Notes: generated by a model from the sequence alone, not told the origin. A stretch of DNA of 64,000 bases from a virus (IMGVR_UViG_3300017754_001396:282-64281), one strand, 5' to 3'. Shown: positions 38,101 to 47,342, counted from the first letter of the stretch. Translations and numbers: made by a program.

Positions 38101-39621
38101 AGAGGTTTAGGTATAAAAATCATTGACACCATTGTTGGTTCTGTAAATGACCTTAAATCTTTAAGTTTGTCTGGTGATATAGGTGCATTTAGGCAGGGTG
38201 GATTTATCATGGCTGACCTAATATTATCAGACCCTAAAACGGTTGGTTTATTTATAAAAAGAATTTTCACATTAGCTGGTATAGTTCCTAAGACAAATCC
38301 AGTGACTAATCCTAAAAAGTTTGCTAAAGAGTTAGTTAATTCACTAGTAGATGAGGATAATGGGAAAAAGCTTTATGATGCATTAGAGTTAGATAGGAAA
38401 CAATCTGGCGATTATGAATTGATGAAAAAGTCAGGTTTATTCTTACAAGAAGAAACTCAAAAGTTATCACAAAAAGCAGAGGGAGTGGCTGTAGGTATAG
38501 TTAAAAAAATACCTTTATGGGGTGAGCCATTAAAAATAAAAGGAAAAACATGGGTTCCCGGACTTGATATAATGGGTAGAGGTGAGCGTTCATTCTCCGC
38601 TATAAATGAGTTAAGGACGACTACGTTCATGCAAGGAGTAAGAAGGCTTAGGGAGGCTGGGTTTAGCTTTGAAAAAAATCCAGATGCATATAAAGCTTGG
38701 GCACGTCACGTAAATACTATGTCAGGTAGAGGAGTTGGTGGAAATCATAAATTAGGTAGAGCCTTTGAAGCTCTAGCTCCTATATTAAATACATTTTTTG
38801 TTTCTGCTAGGTTCTTAAAATCAAGATTTGATTTATCTCTACTTAATCCTTACGGTATATATAAGATAGCTATGCTTCCTAGGCCACTTAAATTATTAGC
38901 ATTTAGACAGGTTGCTGCTGCTAACGCATACATGGCAGGAACTACATATATAGCGTATCTTGTTTTAGGAGCTACACTTGCGGCACTTGGAAAAGATGAT
39001 GAAGATGAAGAGGGATACGAAGTATTTACGGGTGAAAGTACGGAAGAAGAAGATAAAAATGCATGGGAGCTTTCAATGGATATATTCTCTTCAGACTTCG
39101 CCAAGTTGACTAAGGGTGATGTATCTGTTGATTTCCTTGCAGGTCTTAGCCAAACAAATGTTTTTATAGCTAGAGAGGCTCCTTATGTTGGTGGTAAGAA
39201 AACAATGAAAGATGGAGAAGTAGTTAAGCTAAACTCTAAATTCAATGGGCCTACTTATGGAAATGTAGCGGGCAACTTCTTGATGAGCAAGATGGTCCCT
39301 TGGGCTCAGGCTGGTGTTAGGTATCTTATAGACACAAGAAAAGAAGAAGAGGAAGGAGTTCCTTCAGAACCATCAACAGATGAAGCATCTAAAAAGAAAA
39401 TAGAGGATTACTTCTTGCCTTTGTCTGTAATATTAGCTAGAGACTTAGCTAAGCAGAAAAACTTATCTGTTTCAGAGAAGATAGCATTGAATGCTTTATC
39501 ATTCCTTGGTATAGGCAACGCTAACGTTAGCTCATTTGGTAAGAAGGAAGAGAAAGGAGGCTATGAAGTATTCACGGGTGAAGGTGGTTCATCTGGATAT
39601 GAAGTCTTCACAGGTAACTAA
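35161..39621 (+). CDS. giant internal virion/ejection protein (large polyvalent-like, coiled coil, C-terminal TM segment)
   Basis: 1486 aa; long coiled coils; hydrophobic YMAGTTYIAYLVLGATLAALG; three GYEVFTG motifs; single Cys at residue 5. Confidence 0.6.
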   Translation: MAKPCNYQLAGEDTWMSESDFKQRLNEGLLDKLLIDNNIKIPGIKPVKESAPRAVEQTAPSSSVAAQEREAAAVDARKSIPKQFNEGYVEVEGKEKGKAYKGYSIKVNEGNKTADIKLPNGKEMKNQPILQFEGLMADESPLYVRADGGTSIRIPSQAELDAKAEKQAMVEEEKKATKENRDLRRKNIDGFEELESKAALDMAKKLRFSPNEFTGDEIIGEVEGLTEFDEKVTVNGKTYGTDKNKSVTRVIEKLEDSKQISAKEAEILQKAFDAKKDAYWRAKNNKTKEDIKDKIDKMAEELKKPKGTKSTINPFDFLPQSIKNKAIDLFRDLLKKGVDASFAFREAVYNAMIPEIQAGRMTIEEGNELETKMLENLKDARELDEYTEIEMQRPDLRTQVKYRTEAQKKMTRELTKKRPKNNEELTLLARQFMNDGLIEPKRDIIDPVISGERDLYMSPLNEIEQAILRLYGRDLEDSMTEVNRKSIKAVQEGKPTRIYDDERAKIESDITSYVDVMLDDSLITGRLFSFRRELETSRMTFEEMMIKAQSKATNSNGILSEETKQKFKDIADKFAEVERQLKIKEAEVMNAAENEAVQNIVDDVNENGADVEPETKNIKEKAKKIAENLRRNKIHRPGMFLMATPGSLAFDAAVEAAATAIEASGSVINAVNKALQSLKNGDWYKSLSDEKKEEAEKQLSNYIKGYSGEMISSSDGSLKIPMSLVRNLVASGVDTIEGLVDKVREELEFTNPELSFTDRQIRDAITGYGNFIKPPKSELVKKIADLKSVGRMISTLEDLRNGIRKSKKPAEVKELKEQERYLKGQIRAILNTIPVSAEDEIIIRNSRLNALKNERRNRIDELERAKAEGRRPERRRRAQPVSDATTERLQNRIDELEDEINQFPYTEEELEEIEAQRLKQYKNTQRRAIKELERKLKEGDFSKKTPKSLELDEEATELRNRRQRLRDEFEAEVEAIELKNRGLGIKIIDTIVGSVNDLKSLSLSGDIGAFRQGGFIMADLILSDPKTVGLFIKRIFTLAGIVPKTNPVTNPKKFAKELVNSLVDEDNGKKLYDALELDRKQSGDYELMKKSGLFLQEETQKLSQKAEGVAVGIVKKIPLWGEPLKIKGKTWVPGLDIMGRGERSFSAINELRTTTFMQGVRRLREAGFSFEKNPDAYKAWARHVNTMSGRGVGGNHKLGRAFEALAPILNTFFVSARFLKSRFDLSLLNPYGIYKIAMLPRPLKLLAFRQVAAANAYMAGTTYIAYLVLGATLAALGKDDEDEEGYEVFTGESTEEEDKNAWELSMDIFSSDFAKLTKGDVSVDFLAGLSQTNVFIAREAPYVGGKKTMKDGEVVKLNSKFNGPTYGNVAGNFLMSKMVPWAQAGVRYLIDTRKEEEEGVPSEPSTDEASKKKIEDYFLPLSVILARDLAKQKNLSVSEKIALNALSFLGIGNANVSSFGKKEEKGGYEVFTGEGGSSGYEVFTGN

Positions 39622-39645
39622 AAACAGTGGTATAGAATAAAAACA

Positions 39646-39653
39646 TAAATTTG
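39646..39653 (+). promoter_or_regulatory. -7 box (TAAATTTG)
   Basis: TAnnTTTG 16 nt before the ATG at 39670. Confidence 0.6.
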
Positions 39654-39669
39654 TAACAATAATAAAGGG

Positions 39670-41232
39670 ATGGCTACAGTTAAGACTCACGATTTAGTTC
39701 ATTGTAATGGTTTACAACCAATTATACCAAGTGTAAATGAATCTGGAATATACCCATACAATGGGCTTATTGTGCGATTTGATGAAGATGATTCTCGGTC
39801 ATACAATGTAAAGAAGAATGTTCAAGGTAGATTCTTACATCCACCAACTGCTGAATTCCCAAACTTTTCTAAGCCTCAAGGAACTAGTGTTCATTATTCT
39901 GTTACCTCAATAACTTATAATGGAACTGAGTTTGTTTTTGGTCCTCTTGAGCTTAGTTACAATTATACCGAGGGTATATTAACTGCGTTTCCTTTATATA
40001 CTACTGGTAATGAGTTGTTATATACTAACAATGTAGCTAATGGTGCTTTTGTTGGTACGACTCCAATTGACTTAGGATATAACTGGAATAATTTATATGA
40101 CTTCTTACATCAGTTTTTTGTTGATGCAAATGTTCCTGTAAGAATTACTAGAAGTGCTCCTTTATGGTGGTCAGATGAGTTATTTCCTAGGCTTGACAAC
40201 CTTACATTTGAGAAGCATTATGATGCTAATTTTAGTATTGAGTTTTCTACTACAATAACTAATAACGACACTGGAGGACAAGTAGTTACTAATGATGAAT
40301 ACATCTTTAATGGAGAGACTGTTTTACATTTAAGGAATGGTGTAGATATTTCTATAGCAAATCCCGGTGAAGGTCCTCAGTTTGATGACTCTTATTCTAT
40401 ACTATCTTATGATTATGATTATGATACTATAGATGAGCTTGATGATTGCCCATTCCCTATTCCGTTCAATGCTTCTTTAAGCACGACTACTACAGATGGA
40501 ACTACTACAGATGGGACTAGTTGTCCTAGTATGGTATTAGATTGTGATTGCGAGAAGATTACATTCTCTGATACTTCTAATTACAACTATTGGCTTCCGG
40601 GTCACAACCCAGAATTTTTCACTAGCAGAACTATAACCATTACTAGACCTGATGGTTCTCAGTACGTATATGCTACTCAAGATATGGTTGATTTGATTGA
40701 TGTGGATGTGGTAATACCTCCTCATTACAATTCAACAAATACGTTTACATATAATATTACGGCTGCTGATGTAGATGGTATCTACGGCTTTAAGTTGTGT
40801 ACGTATCCAGATTGGCAATCGGATGTGTTTTATGAGTCTTTTATAGGAACAATAGTAAGGAGAAATGGAGTTTTATATAAGATTATTAATTCAAATACTA
40901 ATGTCGACCCTGAACTTCCTACTAGTGGTAACTATTGGGCCGTTTATACTTGTGACGACGATTGTGCGACAACTAGATATTGTGCTGAGGAGAATATGGT
41001 TGTTCTTTGCATCTCGCTTCTTAGGTGTTATAAGAAGTTGGTTAAAGATGCTTTCTGCGCGATGAAGAGTAATCCTTGTTTGAAGTCTTACTGCGATAAT
41101 GAGGAGTTTATGAATGCTATGAAGTTTAAGATTGTCTTAGACTCTTTAGAATATAGTGCTTGTGCTGAGGATTGGGCCACAGTAGAAGACCATGTAGAAC
41201 TATTGAAAACAATTTGCTGCTGTGCTTCCTGA
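39670..41232 (+). CDS. tail-associated protein (hub/baseplate-like) with Cys-rich C-terminus
   Basis: 520 aa; Ig-like CEKITFSDTS segment; DGIYGF; ends ICCCAS, similar to crAss-like tail hub proteins. Confidence 0.5.
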   Translation: MATVKTHDLVHCNGLQPIIPSVNESGIYPYNGLIVRFDEDDSRSYNVKKNVQGRFLHPPTAEFPNFSKPQGTSVHYSVTSITYNGTEFVFGPLELSYNYTEGILTAFPLYTTGNELLYTNNVANGAFVGTTPIDLGYNWNNLYDFLHQFFVDANVPVRITRSAPLWWSDELFPRLDNLTFEKHYDANFSIEFSTTITNNDTGGQVVTNDEYIFNGETVLHLRNGVDISIANPGEGPQFDDSYSILSYDYDYDTIDELDDCPFPIPFNASLSTTTTDGTTTDGTSCPSMVLDCDCEKITFSDTSNYNYWLPGHNPEFFTSRTITITRPDGSQYVYATQDMVDLIDVDVVIPPHYNSTNTFTYNITAADVDGIYGFKLCTYPDWQSDVFYESFIGTIVRRNGVLYKIINSNTNVDPELPTSGNYWAVYTCDDDCATTRYCAEENMVVLCISLLRCYKKLVKDAFCAMKSNPCLKSYCDNEEFMNAMKFKIVLDSLEYSACAEDWATVEDHVELLKTICCCAS

Positions 41233-42415
41233 GTGTTGTTTAAAAATTGACCTAATATTTTTAGGTGAGGAGTATTCCTTAGACTTGACTCCTGTCTATA
41301 GCGAGATTGGGGAGTTATTGTATTACACTTTTGAGATAGAAGGTGAGTATCCTTTGATTTTTAATCTTGTATGGGTTGATGGAGTTTGGCAAATAATTGG
41401 TGGAGATGTAGAGACGTTATATTATTCTTACGAGAGTAATATATGTCCCGTAAGTACCGATGCAGTTTGGACTAATGAGTATGAAGAACTTCTATTTGAG
41501 AGGTTTGAAATATCTTGGGATGGATGTCCTAATGCTTTGCCAGCTTGCTGTATGTTCATCAACTTGCAGTTTAGCAATGTATGGTATCATCTTACTTTAT
41601 CTCCTGTATATAATGAGGCTGATGAGCTTTTGTATTATACATTCGTTGTTCCTGTTGATGAGATTACAAGCATAAATATGATTCTTGGATATGCCAATGG
41701 TATTTGGTATATGATAAACGATGATACAGATGAAGTATATGCTACTCTAGAAACTAATGATTGCCCTGCTAGTACTATGGCTGATTGGGTTCAGTTGTTT
41801 GAGGAGCCAATGTTCATGAACTACGAGATAGTCAATGTCAATTGTAGCCAGACACTTCCTGTATGCTGCTTGAGTATATCAGCCATATTTGAAGGGGAGG
41901 TTTATACTGAAGATGTTATTCCTGTATATGATGAGAGTGACGTACTCATGTATTATCAGTTTACTGGAACATTCAGATTGTACTACTATGATGGTGTATG
42001 GTACATGGTAGAAAATAATATACTTCATTATTCTATTAACCTAACGGGATGCCCGGGAAGCTCAAGCCTTGATTGGACTGCTTATAGTGAATTCTTTGAA
42101 GCATTTGTGATATTCTCATTGGATTGTCAGAATGAGCCTGATGATGATGATTACATTGATATACCTGAGAAGCCAGACCTATACTATTGCAAGCATAAGA
42201 ACTTAATGCGTAAGGTTCGTGCTGGATTGGCTGATAGGGTTGCCGACATGAAGGATGTTGAGAGATTTGGATTAGAGAAGTGTATGGATAAATGGGAGCA
42301 TATAATTAAAGATTACCTTATTATTAGCGCTATTCAGTGTGCCCCATACAATGAGTACACTAACTTGGATGAGAAATGTTTAATAGGTAAGTTAACCGAT
42401 AAATTTAATTGTTAA
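41222..42415 (+). CDS. tail-associated protein with three ~105-aa Cys-stapled acidic repeats
   Basis: LPxCC...PVY...YY.F...W...CP...W...C occurs three times. Confidence 0.65.
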   Translation: MLPECCLKIDLIFLGEEYSLDLTPVYSEIGELLYYTFEIEGEYPLIFNLVWVDGVWQIIGGDVETLYYSYESNICPVSTDAVWTNEYEELLFERFEISWDGCPNALPACCMFINLQFSNVWYHLTLSPVYNEADELLYYTFVVPVDEITSINMILGYANGIWYMINDDTDEVYATLETNDCPASTMADWVQLFEEPMFMNYEIVNVNCSQTLPVCCLSISAIFEGEVYTEDVIPVYDESDVLMYYQFTGTFRLYYYDGVWYMVENNILHYSINLTGCPGSSSLDWTAYSEFFEAFVIFSLDCQNEPDDDDYIDIPEKPDLYYCKHKNLMRKVRAGLADRVADMKDVERFGLEKCMDKWEHIIKDYLIISAIQCAPYNEYTNLDEKCLIGKLTDKFNC

Positions 42416-42418
42416 GAT

Positions 42419-43825
42419 ATGAGCTGTTCATCTTGCGGAAGTAATTCTATAACTAGCTGTGGTTGCGTTGACAACTGCCCTAACAAGACTTCTGACATTA
42501 CGTTGTTTGATGGTAATTTGAATTATATTCAAGTACCCGCGAATGCCACATTGAATCAAGTTCTTCAGTTGATGGAGAACTATATTATTACTAGTATAAA
42601 TGACCTTAACCTTCAATATACTTTACTAGCTGAGAATTGCCTTGGTCTTCCCGCTGGTAGCTATGGTTATAATCAAATCCTTTCTGCTATTATAACTCAA
42701 TTGTGTGCGTTAGTAGCTGCCTCAGAAATTCCTACTACTACTGATGATGTTGAGTTAGAAAATATCGTTTATCCAGCTTGTATTGAGGCATTTGAAGGTG
42801 TTACATCAACTGAGTTGTTCAATCTTATCTTAGAAATGCTTTGTGTGGAAGAGGGGCAAAAAATTGCTACATCTGCTGACTACAATTCTGATGATAGTGA
42901 CAGACCTGCTCCTATCTTCCTTTTGAGGGATATCATTAGTGGAATGGTTGACAACGACACATATGTTTATGAGCATACGACAGTTGTAACTAGCCCATCT
43001 CTTTTGAACGTAACCGTAAGCCCAATGAAAGCTGTGGTGAACTCTTACCCTGTTAAGAGGACTACTAGTCAGGTTTTCGCGCTTACTCCTACTAGAGACA
43101 TATATTTTTTACTTGCAGATGATGGCGTGATAACTAAGATAGAACAAGTTATTGGTAGCCCTGCTCCTTCGACTACTGGCTATGCTTATTTATATAAGAT
43201 GGTTACTGATGCATCTGGGGTTATTTCTTACTCTGAGCAATTTGTAACTAGTGCTTTCAACGCTCCTGCTCTTAGTATTCCTAACGACTTCATTGTTACA
43301 GCAATGATTGATGATGACCAAGTAACTTCTGCTAAGCTTGCTGATGTTACTACGGCTGCTACTAAGGGAGATGCTTCTGTTGTATCTATTACCTACAATG
43401 ATAAGGGTCAGATTACTAGTGCTTCATCTTTATTGAATATTAGTGCTCCTGTAGATGGTCAGATATTAAAATATGACGCTGGTTCTGGAGGGTTTACGAA
43501 TGACACAAACTTATCAGTAGGAACTAACGGATACTTGCCATTGGCTTCAGGAGGAGACTTTGTTGCATCTTCTATTGAAGAGACAGGTACTTACATGAAT
43601 GTGATTAAAAGTGTAGAGATAAACAATTCAGGTTCATGGGAAGGATATGGAGAAGCCGCGTTGAATGTTGCTAATGGTACGTTTATAGCTCCTCGTTTTG
43701 CTGCTGGTGCTGCTAGCTTGTTTGCATTAATTGATGGTACTATAATCTATGTAACGACAACAAATGTTACCTTTACATCCGTAGGATTCTGGGGTGTAGA
43801 GAATGGAGCTTGGGTTAAACTATAA
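42419..43825 (+). CDS. tail fibre/spike-like protein
   Basis: Cys-rich N-terminus (MSCSSCG...CGC..NCP); VTSAKLAD and ITYNDKGQITSA fibre motifs. Confidence 0.6.
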   Translation: MSCSSCGSNSITSCGCVDNCPNKTSDITLFDGNLNYIQVPANATLNQVLQLMENYIITSINDLNLQYTLLAENCLGLPAGSYGYNQILSAIITQLCALVAASEIPTTTDDVELENIVYPACIEAFEGVTSTELFNLILEMLCVEEGQKIATSADYNSDDSDRPAPIFLLRDIISGMVDNDTYVYEHTTVVTSPSLLNVTVSPMKAVVNSYPVKRTTSQVFALTPTRDIYFLLADDGVITKIEQVIGSPAPSTTGYAYLYKMVTDASGVISYSEQFVTSAFNAPALSIPNDFIVTAMIDDDQVTSAKLADVTTAATKGDASVVSITYNDKGQITSASSLLNISAPVDGQILKYDAGSGGFTNDTNLSVGTNGYLPLASGGDFVASSIEETGTYMNVIKSVEINNSGSWEGYGEAALNVANGTFIAPRFAAGAASLFALIDGTIIYVTTTNVTFTSVGFWGVENGAWVKL

Positions 43826-43837
43826 TAACAAAATAAC

Positions 43838-44404
43838 ATGATACAAATAAGCGATACTGGAGGATGCGAAATGAGATTGATAAGAAGTGGAGTAGCTGAA
43901 TACTACTCTTATTCTGATATTAAATCTGTATCTCCATACAAGAATGCAAATGGTGAGTTCATCATTATATTTAACTTCATCAATGAGAGTCGGGATTCTA
44001 CATTAAGAGTTCCTTTAGCGTTAATAGATAACCAACCTACTTGGACGGATATAAATCTAGCTCTAACTGATATCAAAGATTGGATGGGGGCTTGTAGTTC
44101 TACTGTAGGATTGGCTACTGAGGCTACTCTTCAGAATGTCTTAACTGATACAACAGCTATAGCATCAAATACTTCTGCCGCTAACAGGACTGCAAATATC
44201 AGAAGATATGTTGGTGCAGGTTCTATTACTAGACCATACAGTTTTTCTATAGCTAATGTTGGTGCTGCAAACGGAACCGTATTGACGCATACTCTCAAGC
44301 CAAATGAGATAATAAATTATGACGCTGGGGCATTAAATAATGAATTTCAGGTAATTACATTTGATGCTACAGGAACAGAGTTTTTAGTTACTTGGGTTGA
44401 CTAA
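43838..44404 (+). CDS. tail-associated hypothetical protein
   Basis: 188 aa; LATEATL motif; located in the fibre cluster. Confidence 0.5.
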   Translation: MIQISDTGGCEMRLIRSGVAEYYSYSDIKSVSPYKNANGEFIIIFNFINESRDSTLRVPLALIDNQPTWTDINLALTDIKDWMGACSSTVGLATEATLQNVLTDTTAIASNTSAANRTANIRRYVGAGSITRPYSFSIANVGAANGTVLTHTLKPNEIINYDAGALNNEFQVITFDATGTEFLVTWVD

Positions 44405-45693
44405 TGGGAACGGCAATAACTACATCTGGGTTATACAATAGCAATATACTCACTAATCTTCCTATGCTTGCTGATGCATTTGGAAGGTTAAGAGTATCTA
44501 GTCCATTAACATTATTTGATTCATCTCATAGATATAGAGACAATGGATTGTGGAATTCATCTATAACAGGCGGAGGTTCAGTTTCTTTTAATGCCAATCA
44601 AGGGTTAGTTGATTTGGTTGTTGATATAGCTAGCGGCTCTCAAGTATTAAGAGAAACAACAAAGGTTTTTTCTTATCAACCGGGTAAGTCATTACTTGTG
44701 TTAAATACTTTTGTTTTGTCTCAAGCTCAAAATAATCTTAGACAAAGGGTTGGTTATTTTGGGACTGACAATGGAGTTTATCTTCAGTTAGAGAATATAG
44801 CCTCAACTCCTGTACTGAGCTTTGTAGAAAGGAGTTTGGTTACTGGCTCTCCTACAGAAACAAAAATAAGCCGTCAAGGTGGATTTTATGGAGCAGGAGA
44901 TACTGGATGGAATGTAGATAAGCTTGATGGTACAGGGCCTTCAGGACTCACAATAGACCCTACTAAAGCTCAAATAATGTTTACGGACATTGAGTGGCTT
45001 GGAGTAGGAACTGTTAGATTGGGATTTGTTATTAATGGTAATTTTGTTTTATGCCATAAGTTTAACCACGCTAATTTAATTCCGTCAACATATATAACTA
45101 CTGCTTCATTACCCTTAAGGATTGAAATTACAAATACGGGTTCAACTGCTGTAACAAGTATGTTTAAGCAGATATGTTCCACTGTTATATCAGAGGGTGG
45201 GTATGAATTAAGAGGTGCTCAACAGGCTATTGGTACACCTATTACTACTCCAATCACGTTTGCTGTTGCTGGGACTTATTATCCTGTTGTTGGATTAAAG
45301 CTTACCTCTACAAAATTAGACGCTATAGTTATTCTTACTGCGGTGTCTCTATTAGGATTAGGTAATGGTAAGAATTATGCTTGGAGAGTTGTCCAATCAG
45401 TAACTATAACAGGTGGCTCTTGGGTTCCTGTAGGCGTTAATTCTGCTGTTGAATATAATCTTACTGGTACATCTGTTAGCGGAGGAAGGATATTGGCGCA
45501 GGGATACGTGAATTCTTCTAATCAGGGCTCTCCTAGTATCAATATATTAAAAGAGGCTCTGTTCTCCACACAGCTTGAAAGAAATAGTTTTACTGGTGTA
45601 GCTTCAGAATTAGTTGTTGAAATGGCTATTGATGCTACAGGAGGAACTTTAGGAGCTTATGCTTCAGTAGACTGGGAAGAAATCAGTAGATAA
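44404..45693 (+). CDS. tail fibre/receptor-binding protein (beta-sandwich)
   Basis: DAFGRLRVSSP.TLFDS...YQPGK...RQRVGYF...DIEWLGVG.VR.G...SLPLR.EI family recalled from aquatic phages. Confidence 0.6.
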   Translation: MGTAITTSGLYNSNILTNLPMLADAFGRLRVSSPLTLFDSSHRYRDNGLWNSSITGGGSVSFNANQGLVDLVVDIASGSQVLRETTKVFSYQPGKSLLVLNTFVLSQAQNNLRQRVGYFGTDNGVYLQLENIASTPVLSFVERSLVTGSPTETKISRQGGFYGAGDTGWNVDKLDGTGPSGLTIDPTKAQIMFTDIEWLGVGTVRLGFVINGNFVLCHKFNHANLIPSTYITTASLPLRIEITNTGSTAVTSMFKQICSTVISEGGYELRGAQQAIGTPITTPITFAVAGTYYPVVGLKLTSTKLDAIVILTAVSLLGLGNGKNYAWRVVQSVTITGGSWVPVGVNSAVEYNLTGTSVSGGRILAQGYVNSSNQGSPSINILKEALFSTQLERNSFTGVASELVVEMAIDATGGTLGAYASVDWEEISR

Positions 45694-45704
45694 AAGACAT
45701 AAAT

Positions 45705-46295
45705 ATGAGTACAAAAATTGAAATAAAATCTACTACTGCTGCTTCAAGAAGTACGGCTAATTTAATGAGGACTGGTCAGATTACATCATATCGTACAGGA
45801 GACGATGGAGATATTGAACCGGGTAGAAACATAACATTTACAGTACTTGCGGAGAATAATCCTTTTGGTAATGACAAAAGATTCACAGATACTCTTGGTA
45901 CTCAAATATATGCAGACAATATAATAATTGATTGGAGTACTTATGATGGCACTAAAGTATTAGGTTATTATAGAGTTATATCAGCAGTTGATGTCACTTG
46001 GAATGTAGCTATTGATTCAGCATTGGCGCTATCTGTTGGTTCTTTCACTTCTGGATGGAGGCTTGTCAACAGAAAAGAAATAGACAACATATATAACTAT
46101 GAGTTGTCTCAATGTATGAACTACGCTCCGTTTAATATAATAAACACTATATGGTGTTCAACTACATATACAGCGTCTACAACACTAGCATATACAGCAA
46201 CAGTTAGTTGGATTAATTTAAGTGCTAAATCTGGAGCTGGCGCAAGGTGGATGGCAGTTAGAGATTTTACAGTAACAGGAACAACCTTAACATAA
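45705..46295 (+). CDS. DUF1566/C-type-lectin-like virion protein
   Basis: GWRL...EI...F...WCSTT...AVR pattern. Confidence 0.5.
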   Translation: MSTKIEIKSTTAASRSTANLMRTGQITSYRTGDDGDIEPGRNITFTVLAENNPFGNDKRFTDTLGTQIYADNIIIDWSTYDGTKVLGYYRVISAVDVTWNVAIDSALALSVGSFTSGWRLVNRKEIDNIYNYELSQCMNYAPFNIINTIWCSTTYTASTTLAYTATVSWINLSAKSGAGARWMAVRDFTVTGTTLT

Positions 46296-46300
46296 AAAAA

Positions 46301-46537
46301 ATGGCAACTTATAAATTCCCTCAATTTAACGTAGAAATATCAGACCCTGTTGTTTCTATTGACCTGAATACTATAGGAGATAAAGCTTTAGACAAGCTAT
46401 TATCTGTAGATATTTTTTTAATTGTACCCGGTGCTAGGTTTGGTGTACGTATGGAAAATATGCCATATTTAAATACGTGGGATGACGATGATGTTTTTTC
46501 TATGGTTGACATCGCTCTTGAAGCATTTGAAGTCTGA
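46301..46537 (+). CDS. hypothetical protein
   Basis: 78-aa acidic ORF at the end of the tail cluster. Confidence 0.6.
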   Translation: MATYKFPQFNVEISDPVVSIDLNTIGDKALDKLLSVDIFLIVPGARFGVRMENMPYLNTWDDDDVFSMVDIALEAFEV

Positions 46538-46599
46538 TAATCTTGCTGTTGAAAATCTCTTGATTGGTTTTTTAAGTACTTTTACGTAAAACAAAAAAC

Positions 46600-46887
46600 A
46601 TGAGCACAGGAACAATTCCAGTTATACTTTTCATCATAGGTATAGTAGTGACAATCATTGGTTATTTCTTGCGTATAGCACACGCTGACTTAAAGAAAGT
46701 CGTAGATGCACAAAGCAAGGTTATAGAAGACCAAGGAAAGCTTAAAGGCAAGATAGATATGGTGGAGCAAGAATCACGCCTAAAGTATCAAGCCTTGATG
46801 GAGCAGACACAATTAGAGATAAAGAACTTAGCTAAGAATGTAAGTGAGTTATCTATAGCCGTAAAGGAACTAATTATAAATAGATGA
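46600..46887 (+). CDS. membrane protein, holin/XhlA-like
   Basis: N-terminal TM helix plus coiled coil, upstream of the endolysin. Confidence 0.55.
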   Translation: MSTGTIPVILFIIGIVVTIIGYFLRIAHADLKKVVDAQSKVIEDQGKLKGKIDMVEQESRLKYQALMEQTQLEIKNLAKNVSELSIAVKELIINR

Positions 46888-47063
46888 AAAAGTATTACGC
46901 TCCTACTTCTAAGAGGTGGAGAAAAATTGGAGACTCCCTCCTTGCCGCTAGTGCAACAATTACATCATTTGCTATATATGAAAAGGTAGATTGGCTTGCT
47001 TACGTTGCCTTATTTACTGGTGTAATTGGAAAATTTTTATCAAATTTGTTCTCAGAAGAATAA
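46884..47063 (+). CDS. putative two-TM holin (59 aa, MKKYYAPTSKRWRKIGDSLL...; not in the ORF track)
   Basis: Translated by hand; basic N-terminus, two hydrophobic helices; ATGA overlap. Confidence 0.65.
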   Translation: MKKYYAPTSKRWRKIGDSLLAASATITSFAIYEKVDWLAYVALFTGVIGKFLSNLFSEE

Positions 47064-47078
47064 ACTAATAAACAATTT

Positions 47079-47342
47079 ATGGAAGAAAAAGGAAAAGACT
47101 TCGAGGTTAAGGCTAAGAAGAATGGAAAAAACTTAGATGTTTCTGTTGATACTCCTAAGGTTGATGTAAGTCTACACAAGGATGAAAACAAGAAGCACTT
47201 TAAGTACGATGGAGAGAAGCTTGATGTTGAAGTGTCTAAGGATGCTGAAGGAACTAAGGTTGATGTTAATGCCGAGACTGGATTCTTAAAGAAGATTGGT
47301 GGCATTATCGCTAAGTTAGTAACCCGTAAATTCAGAAAGTGA
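47079..47342 (+). CDS. lysis-cassette protein with beta repeats and a cationic amphipathic C-terminal helix
   Basis: xDVxV repeats; C-terminus GFLKKIGGIIAKLVTRKFRK. Confidence 0.6.
   Translation: MEEKGKDFEVKAKKNGKNLDVSVDTPKVDVSLHKDENKKHFKYDGEKLDVEVSKDAEGTKVDVNAETGFLKKIGGIIAKLVTRKFRK

Noticed and set aside
28967-39621. crAss-type virion RNA polymerase in the giant proteins
   Set aside because: No DxDGD/DFDID metal-binding motif found on reading either translation.
45705-46295. Diversity-generating retroelement targeting the DUF1566-like gene
   Set aside because: No reverse transcriptase in the window and no second near-identical copy (template repeat) of its 3' end seen.
4669-46512. Numerous antisense or nested track ORFs inside long genes (e.g. 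9643..10056, 14669..15118, 29627..30184, 37275..37715)
   Set aside because: They are shadows of strongly codon-biased genes on the other strand or frame, with low-complexity S/L/F translations and no independent signals.
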